Below, piece by piece: positions 56,166-64,000 of a stretch of 64,000 bases of DNA. The translations under genes were made by a program, and so were the position numbers. Position 1 is the first letter of the stretch, and each line of letters starts with the position of its first letter. A model generated the notes under the pieces. It searched no databases, was not told the DNA's origin, and saw nothing but the letters and a program-made list of their open reading frames with translations. Source of the stretch: Thermodesulfobacteriota bacterium (lineage in GTDB: Bacteria; Desulfobacterota; Binatia; Bin18); NCBI GenBank assembly GCA_964291405.2, contig OZ219926.1, positions 4,800,001-4,864,000 of the forward strand, given 5' to 3'.

Positions 56166-57155
56166 CTATTGCATGAAATTCAGCGGACTGCCGGCGATGA
56201 GGGGTTGCAGGTTGCGACGGTACTCCTCCGGTTTGGCAACCTCTTCGACCAGCCATTCAATATCGCGTTCGTAAAAATACGACATCAGGGTAAACAAAGT
56301 ATTATAGGCATCGACATAGCGGTTGCACACATAGGCGACCGTCTCCGCCCCGCGGCGTTCGACCGGGGCGTAGTGGGTGATCAGGTCGGCGTCGCTCAGC
56401 GCCCGCGGGGTATCGTCATCGACAAAGCGTTGATTCTCCTGCTCCATGTCGGTCACCAAATCATTCGCCTCGTGGCATAGATCAAGCTCGACCGTGACGG
56501 GCAAGGCAATATCCAGAGTTGGTGGTTTCCGCTTGGCAAAGCGCTCAAGGGCGCGTCGTGCGCCCTCGCGAATACGGGCGTGGCTCTCGCTCAGGGGAAG
56601 ATGCAGGCCCTTAAAATAACCGAGCGATTTTTTGACCTCGACATATTCGATGTCGCCGAGCAGCGGACGGGCCTGCTCAATGGTTTTGTCGTCACCGGAC
56701 AGCATCAGAATAGGCACGCCGAAGCTGCTGACCAAAAAGCCGTTCAGACCATATTCTCCAACCGACAGGCCGTTTATCCGCACATCCTGAAAGGCCGGAA
56801 TCCAGGTGTGGCTGAGGATGCCATCCGGCGTCCCGGCTTTTGAGTGATAGCCAATAAACAGCGCCCCATCAAAGCCGGGGTTAAAGCCTTTGAACTGACA
56901 TAAATTACGCTTCATCCCGGACTTCAGGGTGGCCTTACGATGCACGTCCTTAGGACGGATATTGCACATATAACCGTGCGAGTCTGAGACCACAATGTCG
57001 GTCGCCCCCCCTTCGATCGCACCCTGAACGGCGGCGTTCACGTCCCCGGCCATGATCTGCCGAAAAGTCTTATAGCCTGGCAAACCCTGAAAGACCTCCT
57101 CCACGGTTTCCACTCCAGAGATGCCTTCCATATCCACCGATATGAAGATTCGCAT
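56166..57155 (-). CDS. M55 family D-aminopeptidase (DppA-like)
   Basis: ISVDMEGISG, DSHG, GYHSKAG, LSHT and SGDD motifs. Confidence 0.92.
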   Translation of the reverse strand: MRIFISVDMEGISGVETVEEVFQGLPGYKTFRQIMAGDVNAAVQGAIEGGATDIVVSDSHGYMCNIRPKDVHRKATLKSGMKRNLCQFKGFNPGFDGALFIGYHSKAGTPDGILSHTWIPAFQDVRINGLSVGEYGLNGFLVSSFGVPILMLSGDDKTIEQARPLLGDIEYVEVKKSLGYFKGLHLPLSESHARIREGARRALERFAKRKPPTLDIALPVTVELDLCHEANDLVTDMEQENQRFVDDDTPRALSDADLITHYAPVERRGAETVAYVCNRYVDAYNTLFTLMSYFYERDIEWLVEEVAKPEEYRRNLQPLIAGSPLNFMQ

Positions 57156-57189
57156 ATGACCCCCTTGTCCGGCTCGTTCAGGTAGGACA

Positions 57190-57220
57190 CCTGTCGGGCA
57201 GGTCAGCCCAACCCGACAGG
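57190..57220. repeat. intergenic hairpin
   Basis: CCTGTCGGG...CCCGACAGG 9-bp stem. Confidence 0.5.
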
Positions 57221-57236
57221 CGCGCGTACTCGCCAG

Positions 57237-58151
57237 TCACTCATCATCCTGCCAGGCTGCGGCCGCCTCGCGCATGGTTGTGAACCAAACCCCGGGCTTG
57301 GCGTAGACGTGTTGGATTACGCTCTCCAGCCACGCTGGCTTAAAATCCCGTCCGCAGCACTGCGGGTGAAGGATCGTATTCCATATGCCACCTGGGACGT
57401 GTTCATAACAATAGTCAAAACTCGACGTGAAAATTTCCTTCGACTGGGAAGGGGTGTGGAAAGGGGCCGGGTTGAACCAGGGATTTTTGGGATCGAGATA
57501 ATAGCCCATGAATTCAAACTGGGCGAAGTCATTGGTATCCCAGTGCAGGGGAATCTCAAGCAGCTCCGAGGGCTGCCCCCAAGTGACCTCAAAAGGCTCC
57601 TCGGTCTGGATCGTATCGCCTATCCGCAGCCGATAGGGCAAAAAATCATGGCCCTGCAAACTGCTGTCATAGACAAAACCCAGGTCGATCAGATGCTGCG
57701 GCACATGCTCGCCCAACCAGTCTCCAATGGGCGAGCGGAATCCGATAGGCCGTTCGCCTACGGTTTTCTCCAACAGCTCAATCTGTTGTTCGAGATAGAC
57801 GCGTTGCTCGTCCGGCGAGGCCGGCTCGACCCCACTCATGGCCAGACCGACCTCGGAAGGTTGGTGATACATGCTATGGGCCGCAATTTCATGGCCCCGA
57901 CGATGCGCCTCCTGCACGACATCTCGAAAAAGTTTGGCACTATGACCGGGAGTAAAGAAGGTCGCTTTGATGGAATATTTATCGAGGATGTCCAGGATGC
58001 GTGGCATGGCCACCCGAGGACCGAATTCTCCGCGTGAAAGGGGGTTGGCAGTCGGAGAGCGGAAGAACCCCAGCCACAAGGCCATGGCATCGATATCGAA
58101 ACAAAAACAGCAGGCCATTTTTTTGCCGTCCGGCATCTGTACCTTGCCCAT
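57237..58151 (-). CDS. polysaccharide deacetylase family (PuuE/PgdA-like)
   Basis: FDIDA, ATFFTPG, GHEIAAH, GFRSP, YDSSL and LHPQ motifs. Confidence 0.88.
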   Translation of the reverse strand: MGKVQMPDGKKMACCFCFDIDAMALWLGFFRSPTANPLSRGEFGPRVAMPRILDILDKYSIKATFFTPGHSAKLFRDVVQEAHRRGHEIAAHSMYHQPSEVGLAMSGVEPASPDEQRVYLEQQIELLEKTVGERPIGFRSPIGDWLGEHVPQHLIDLGFVYDSSLQGHDFLPYRLRIGDTIQTEEPFEVTWGQPSELLEIPLHWDTNDFAQFEFMGYYLDPKNPWFNPAPFHTPSQSKEIFTSSFDYCYEHVPGGIWNTILHPQCCGRDFKPAWLESVIQHVYAKPGVWFTTMREAAAAWQDDE

Positions 58152-58318
58152 AGACCCTCCTTAGTCCGAGCGTTGAGACTGCTTTATCATGTGCTGTCGT
58201 GTGATATGCCTCTCGGTCTGTCCCTCCTTTATTGAGTACTCCTACTCATTTTCTTCTACTGAACCTGAGAAGAAGAAGGCAAGAGCGCCCGCCAGAATTT
58301 TTCGCCAAGTCATGTCGG

Positions 58319-59380
58319 CTACCGAAAATGGGGGATGACTTTCTCCCCAAACAGACGCATCGAGCGTTCAACCCGGTCCTGCGGCAGTCCCCCGAAATTC
58401 ATCCAGCACAGCAGTTCTCCCACCCCGGCCGCTTCCATTTCACGCACCCGGTCCACAATCCGCTCCGGCGAGCCGAACAGTACGGTCTCTGCTACAAGCT
58501 GCTCCCAGGTGATGGTGGCCAAACGATCGGCCAGAGCACGAAACTGGGGCTGCAGGGCAGGGGGAGCGGCCTCGATATGTTCGGGAACAAGAAAGCGGGC
58601 CAGGGATTGTTGATACCACAGCTCCGCCTCTTGGGCTTCGCGCAGAGCCTGAGCGTCGGTTGGCGCGACATAGATATGGCGCGATACCCCCCATGATTGC
58701 AATGCCGTTCGTATGGTGGCCTCGGAGTGTCCAGCTTCACTCAGGGCCGCAGTATAGATATCCCGATTCTGCTCGATTTGGCTGAACGGACCGAACAGGA
58801 TGGAATTCAACATGGACCAGCCGCTCCTGGCAGCCAGTTGGATTGTCTCGGGACTGACGCAGACGAGTGATAGCGGAGGGTGTGGTTTCTGGTGAGGCTT
58901 GGGAATGACCGGGATGTCTTCAATGCTGAAGAACTTCCCGTGGTACGAGACTCGCTCCTGCGTCCAGGCCTGGAGCATAATGTCTACGGTCTCACCAAAG
59001 CGCTCTCGGCTTTCTATCTGCGGAACCCGGTAGCCAACAAACTCTACCGGACGATTCCCCCGTCCGATTCCAACGCGCAGCCGCCCCCGGCTAAGAATAT
59101 CGACAAAGGCAATTTCTTCGGCCAGACGAATGGGATCATGAAAGGGCAGGATCACCGCGGCCAGCCCGATGGCGATCCGTTCAGTCCGAGCGGCAATTGC
59201 CGCGGCCAGCGCCATGGGGCTGGTGGAAATGCCATACTCAATAAAATGGTGCTCGGTCAGCCAGACGCTGTCGTAGCCGAGTTCTTCACTGAGCAGAATC
59301 TGCGCAAACTCCCGGTGAATGACCTCTTCATGAGAGCTGCCCGGCGGAGCCTGAAGAAAATAATAGGTGCCGAAACGCAT
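58319..59380 (-). CDS. LLM-class flavin-dependent oxidoreductase
   Basis: WLTEHHF, PIRLAEEIAFVDILSRGR and PKPHQKPHPP motifs; start moved to 59380. Confidence 0.92.
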   Translation of the reverse strand: MRFGTYYFLQAPPGSSHEEVIHREFAQILLSEELGYDSVWLTEHHFIEYGISTSPMALAAAIAARTERIAIGLAAVILPFHDPIRLAEEIAFVDILSRGRLRVGIGRGNRPVEFVGYRVPQIESRERFGETVDIMLQAWTQERVSYHGKFFSIEDIPVIPKPHQKPHPPLSLVCVSPETIQLAARSGWSMLNSILFGPFSQIEQNRDIYTAALSEAGHSEATIRTALQSWGVSRHIYVAPTDAQALREAQEAELWYQQSLARFLVPEHIEAAPPALQPQFRALADRLATITWEQLVAETVLFGSPERIVDRVREMEAAGVGELLCWMNFGGLPQDRVERSMRLFGEKVIPHFR

Positions 59381-59738
59381 GGTCTGTCCCTTTGCTGCTG
59401 TCGGAAGAAGAGGGGCCTTCCTTTTCCTAGCAGAGATAGACCGGAGTGGGCAGGGCAAGGGGAAGGTCGTGTATCAGTTTGGTATTGTCAAATTATCGCA
59501 GAGAGAGCGAAAAGTGGTAGGGGGAGTAGGAAGAATATCTCGCTCATGATCTGTTGCTCTATCCGGGGTGGGAGGTACGGCCGTTCAAGGAAAAGTTCTG
59601 ACCGGCTGAAGACACGAGGAGGTAGGCTGAGCTAGCAGATAGGATCCTGGCCCTCCTGTGGATCGCCACGTCCAGGCAACGCACTCGTGTTCGCTGCGGC
59701 AAGAAACGTCCGCCAAGTAAGAATCCAAGGAGGAGGAA

Positions 59739-62279
59739 ATGATGGAATCATTCTTTCGGGCTGTCATCCGTTTCCGCTGGCTGGTCATCGGCCTGGTCCT
59801 CGGTAGTACGGTGCTGGCCGTACTCCCGATTCAAACATTACGCTTTGAAAACGATGTTGAGGCCATGTTCCCCTTCGATGATCCGATCCTCGCCTATAGC
59901 AGAGTGGTTGAAGAACGATTCGGCATCCGTGATCTCATTATGATCGGGGTACTGAACGACAACGCCGACGAGAATGGCGTCTTTAATCCGCGGACCTTAG
60001 GCATTGTCAAAGAGTTTTCGGAACGCCTTGCTCTGCAACCCGGTATCAAAGCCATCCGGGATGAAGATGTGGCCAGTATCGCCACGATGGATAATATCAC
60101 TGGCACCGTAGACGGTATAAACGTTGATCCGTTTATGGAAGCCGTTCCCGACGCAGCCAATGCGCTGGCAGATCTTAAACAGGCCATCTTTGCCAATCAC
60201 ATGTTCGTCAATTGGGTCGTATCGCAAGACGGGACGGGTTTGCTCATCCTGGCCAAGATGGAGCCAACCGAAGACACACAGGCAGGCACGGCGCGACGGA
60301 TGACTGTGTATACCACGATCCGTGACATGGTCGAGGCTAAAAAGGCGACGGGCGTGCCGGAAGAATTTCATATTGCCGGGCGTGGAGCGATCGAAGTCAC
60401 CTTGTCGGAAGAGGAAGCACGCGACATGGAAACCTTCTTACCCCTGACCTTGGTCGTGCTTCTGGTAACCTTATATTGTACGTATCGAAGCCTGCGCGGC
60501 GTCCTCCTGCCGCTGGCAGTCGTGGTCGTGTCGGTGATCTGGACCCTCGGGATTATGGCCGCGCTTGGTATTCCTATGTACTTTGTCACCTCCATAATGC
60601 CGGTCGTGCTCATGGCCATCGGCGTGGCGGATGGCATTCATATTCTCAGTCGCTATTACGAAGAGCTGTTGGAGCATCCGGATATTTCCTCAGCTGACGC
60701 GGTGATTGTGACTATGCGAGAGATGTGGCAGCCCGTCATTTTGACCTCGCTGACCACCGCAGCGGGATTCTTATCCTTTCTGACTGCGACCGTTGTCCCT
60801 GTCCGCTATTTTGGGGTGTTTAGTGGAGTGGGAATCTTAGCCGCGATGCTCTTCTCGCTGACCTTTTTCCCGGCCATGTTGAGTTTGTTGTCGCCGACCG
60901 TCAGCCGGGGCCTGCGCAATCAAATGAGCCGGAGTGGAGACCTGGCAGCCGCCGGCTGGGCAGCCAGCTTCTTGGCGCGCCTCGGTCGCGGTGTAGCACG
61001 GCGTCCACTGGTCGTGTGGGTGCCGGCCGCGCTCGTTGTTGCGCTGTGCGTGCTCGGCACGCAGCGGATTGTAGTGAACTCGACCATGGTCGGGATGTTT
61101 CACCCATCCCACGAGATGCGCGTTAGCGATAGGGTCCTGCGCGATACATTTCAAGGCACCGTGCCTATCTATGTGGCGATCGAAGGGTATGAGGCTGATC
61201 GGCTCAAAGATCCGGTCCTGCTCGATCAACTGGACCGCCTGCAAACGCGGGTGGAGCAGGATCCTGATGTGGGTGGCTCCTTGTCATTAGCGGAATACAT
61301 CAAACGGATGAACCGGGTCATGAATGAAGATCGTGCAGAAATGGAAGTCATCCCAACTTCTCGTGACCTGGTTGCCCAGTATCTGCTGCTGTATTCGTTT
61401 TCGGGAGACCCGGATGATTTCGACGATGTCGTGGATTATGACTACCAGCATGCCAACGTAGCGGTCTATCTGCGCTCCGATAGGACCCGAGACGTCGAAC
61501 GTGTCGTGCAGATTATCCGCGACTTTGCGGTCGAGGAATTTGGCCAGAATGGAGCCACCGACGCTGCCACCCATGATCCGCTGGGACTCCGCTTGGGCCG
61601 CTGGTTAGCCGGCATTGAGCCCACGGTGGCGGGGTGGGAGACGAACAGCGGCTTTCGGATCGGGATTGCGGGCAATGGCTACCTCCTGAACCGTCTGAGC
61701 GAACTGATTGTGTCCGGGCAACTGGCGAGTTTGGTGACCTCGCTCGGCGCGGTCTTTCTGCTCACCACGGTCATGTTTCGCTCGTTCGTTGCCGGGCTGA
61801 TTAATGTCCTGCCGATTAGCCTGGTGATGATTTTTAGCTTTGGGCTGCTGGGGCTGCTGAATATCCCGCTAGAGATTGGAAAATCGCTGACTGCCTCGAT
61901 GACCATCGGGATTGGCATCGATTATACGATTCACTTTCTGAGTAAGTATCGGGTCAAAGTCCGAGAGGGGCTCACAGACCCCACGCAGATTACAGCGGCC
62001 ACGATGGCTACCTCGGGCAAGGCCATCTTTTTTAATGCGGTCGTGGTTATCGGCGGCTTCCTGATTTTTCTCACCTCGAACTTCGAGTCCCTCTTTTACC
62101 TGGGTGTCATGCTTTCACTCAGTATGGGGGCCTGCTTGATTGTGTCGATGACGGTCCTGCCGGCGATCTTGAATCGGTTTCAACCGTGTTTTGTGTATGG
62201 CGATAAATTAGCGCTCGCTGTGCCGCCGCAAACGGCCGACCGGATCATTTCAACGAGAGAAGAGGAGGAAGGAGCATAA
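59739..62279 (+). CDS. MMPL/RND family transporter
   Basis: Two repeats of a large soluble loop plus transmembrane helices; AIGVADGIH, TSLTTAAGF and GIGIDYTIH motifs. Confidence 0.92.
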   Translation: MMESFFRAVIRFRWLVIGLVLGSTVLAVLPIQTLRFENDVEAMFPFDDPILAYSRVVEERFGIRDLIMIGVLNDNADENGVFNPRTLGIVKEFSERLALQPGIKAIRDEDVASIATMDNITGTVDGINVDPFMEAVPDAANALADLKQAIFANHMFVNWVVSQDGTGLLILAKMEPTEDTQAGTARRMTVYTTIRDMVEAKKATGVPEEFHIAGRGAIEVTLSEEEARDMETFLPLTLVVLLVTLYCTYRSLRGVLLPLAVVVVSVIWTLGIMAALGIPMYFVTSIMPVVLMAIGVADGIHILSRYYEELLEHPDISSADAVIVTMREMWQPVILTSLTTAAGFLSFLTATVVPVRYFGVFSGVGILAAMLFSLTFFPAMLSLLSPTVSRGLRNQMSRSGDLAAAGWAASFLARLGRGVARRPLVVWVPAALVVALCVLGTQRIVVNSTMVGMFHPSHEMRVSDRVLRDTFQGTVPIYVAIEGYEADRLKDPVLLDQLDRLQTRVEQDPDVGGSLSLAEYIKRMNRVMNEDRAEMEVIPTSRDLVAQYLLLYSFSGDPDDFDDVVDYDYQHANVAVYLRSDRTRDVERVVQIIRDFAVEEFGQNGATDAATHDPLGLRLGRWLAGIEPTVAGWETNSGFRIGIAGNGYLLNRLSELIVSGQLASLVTSLGAVFLLTTVMFRSFVAGLINVLPISLVMIFSFGLLGLLNIPLEIGKSLTASMTIGIGIDYTIHFLSKYRVKVREGLTDPTQITAATMATSGKAIFFNAVVVIGGFLIFLTSNFESLFYLGVMLSLSMGACLIVSMTVLPAILNRFQPCFVYGDKLALAVPPQTADRIISTREEEEGA

Positions 62280-62287
62280 AAATTACT

Positions 62288-62321
62288 CCGTCCCTCTCTC
62301 TGAGGAGGGAGAAAGGGACGG
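62288..62321. repeat. GC-rich hairpin after the MMPL gene (REP-like or terminator-like)
   Basis: CCGTCCCT...AGGGACGG outer stem with an inner CTCTCT/GGGAG pairing. Confidence 0.45.
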
Positions 62322-62379
62322 CAACAAACGCCATTAACATGCCGCTCGCAGCACTCCTCTAATCAAGTGGCTGGCATAT

Positions 62380-63599
62380 ATGAATGACACGGCAAAGGTG
62401 ACCCCAGCGGCCAGTTTTACGCTCTTGCTCGCAACGCTGGCGTGCACTGTGTTCTCTCTGATGACGGCCCAAGGCATGCTTGGCCCGCTCTTACGGGACA
62501 TGGCGCAAGACCTGGGGACGACCGTGCCGATCGGGGCGCAGGTGGCGACAGCGGAAACTGTTGCATGGGCGGCAACAGCAGTGATGATTGGTCCCTTCTC
62601 GGATGCCTACGGACGGAAGCCTTTCTTACTGTGCGGCGCGCTCTTGGTGAGCGCCGGAGCCATAGGGATGGCTCTTGCTTCCAGCCTCTCGATTGCCTCG
62701 GCGTTTCGTATCCTGGCCGGTATCGGGGGCGGCATGATCCCCCCGACATGCGTCGCTATCATTGGCGATTTCTTTCCTGAAGAGCGACGCGCGTCCTCTA
62801 TTGCGACCATCGCCATGCAGCCTGGGCTGAGCAGCATCTTTGGCGTGCCTTTGGCTGCGCTGCTGGCGGCTACAGCGGGCTGGCGCATCACTTATAGTGT
62901 CGTTGGGGTAGTGGTGTTGGGGTGTGCGGTAGCCTTGTTTTTTCTCGTTCCGTATCGTCGCAGCGACGGCATCTCTCTTGACCTCTCACAGAGGCTGCGG
63001 AAAATCGGGCGGTTTCCTGTGACGTGGTCGCTAACGGCAGCCAATATGACTGGTCGCCTGTCGATGGGCGTGATGATGATATTTTTCCCGGTCTTTCTCC
63101 AGGTCACGTATGATTTGGGGACCGCAGAGGTGGCACTGCCCGTATCGCTCATGGCCGTCGGGGCAACGCTTGGCACGTATCTCGGGGGACAGATAGGGAA
63201 GCGACCGAATCGCCTGCTGCTTAGGGCTCTCACGATATGCTTTTCCACGCTCCCGGCTCTGGCTGTTTTTGTATGGGGGGCAGCTTGTGGCTCACAGTAG
63301 GGACGGCAAGCGTCTTTATGGCTTGTGTTATGCCGGTGACCAGCCTGCTCATGATTATGGGAGCTGAACTGGCCGGTCCCTCCCGAGGGACGATGGTGGG
63401 GCTTCTATCCGGCAGCGGGTTTTTGGGCTTCGCGGTTGCCTCCTCGTTAGGCGGCTTCCTTGTTGCCCAGATTGGCTATGGGGCGCTGTCCGTCGTACTG
63501 GCTGTGGTCACCGCAGCCAGTGGACTGTGCTTACTCTTTCTGCAACACAGCCGGGCCGAGCAGCGCGCTCGTGCCTATTTCGGCGCTGACACGCAATAG
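62380..63599 (+). pseudogene. MFS transporter with a single frameshift at a G6 run (63275..63280)
   Basis: MFS motif A GPFSDAYGRK. The C-terminal helices continue in the 63237..63599 frame, and adding one G joins the frames. Confidence 0.8.
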
Positions 63600-63743
63600 G
63601 CGCGAATGATACAAAAGGAAAATCTGGCCCACCCTCGATATAAGGACGAATGAGTAAGCATAGTCGGGACAGGGGAGAGCATCAATAATCACTCAAAGAA
63701 GGCTGCGAGCAGATACCGCCCCATGAGGGGTAGATGCTCGGGC

Positions 63744-64000
63744 CTAAGGGGCGAGGCTTGTTGCAATATGTAACAGCAATATATCTGCCCCGCGTGGCCC
63801 AATGAGAGATATGCCGATCGGGCAACCATCAAGGGTACCCAACGGCAGGTTGACTTGAGGGAGACGGGCGAGGCCGGCGATACATAAGAGACTCAACGCC
63901 TGAGCCCGAAACGCCTCCAGCTCATCCGAAGGTGTATTCCGAAGCGGGGCAATGCCGGGTGCGGTCGGGAGACATAAGACGCTATCCTCTCCGAGGAACG
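63744..64000 (-). CDS. amidase-signature family protein, C-terminal part (runs off the window)
   Basis: Manual translation gives FLGEDSVLCLPTAPGIAP...IAGLARLPQVNLPLGTLDGCPIGISLIGPRGAD..LL*. Confidence 0.8.
   Translation of the reverse strand, partial: FLGEDSVLCLPTAPGIAPLRNTPSDELEAFRAQALSLLCIAGLARLPQVNLPLGTLDGCPIGISLIGPRGADILLLHIATSLAP

Noticed and set aside
1-64000. rRNA, tRNA or riboswitch genes, and self-targeting spacers
   Set aside because: None recognised by eye; a covariance-model scan and a spacer-versus-genome alignment would be needed to exclude them.

Overview
A GC-rich, gene-dense bacterial window. The many luciferase-like oxidoreductases, a DUF1329-like protein and an MMPL transporter suggest a Binatia- or Tectomicrobia-like organism, but this is inference only. 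The left part holds a complete minus-strand type I-E CRISPR-Cas locus (cas3, cas8e, cas11, cas7, cas5, cas6e, cas1, cas2) with an array of 16 identical repeats. The standout observation is that Cas11/Cse2 (9870..10799) carries an N-terminal VRR-NUC-like PD-(D/E)xK nuclease domain with an apparently complete catalytic motif, while an intact Cas3 is also present. A DUF433/DUF5615 (PIN-like) toxin-antitoxin pair sits in the opposite orientation between cas3 and cas8e, and two degenerate repeat-like units lie in the locus. The rest is mostly catabolic: a Rieske oxygenase cluster, a formamidase, dimethylformamidase alpha/beta-like genes, a full N-methylglutamate methylamine pathway (mgsABC, mgdABCD, gmaS), hydrolases and transporters. 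Several genes are broken by duplicated or misplaced short segments or by homopolymer indels, which look like long-read consensus artefacts. All family assignments come from motif recognition by eye; no database searches were run.
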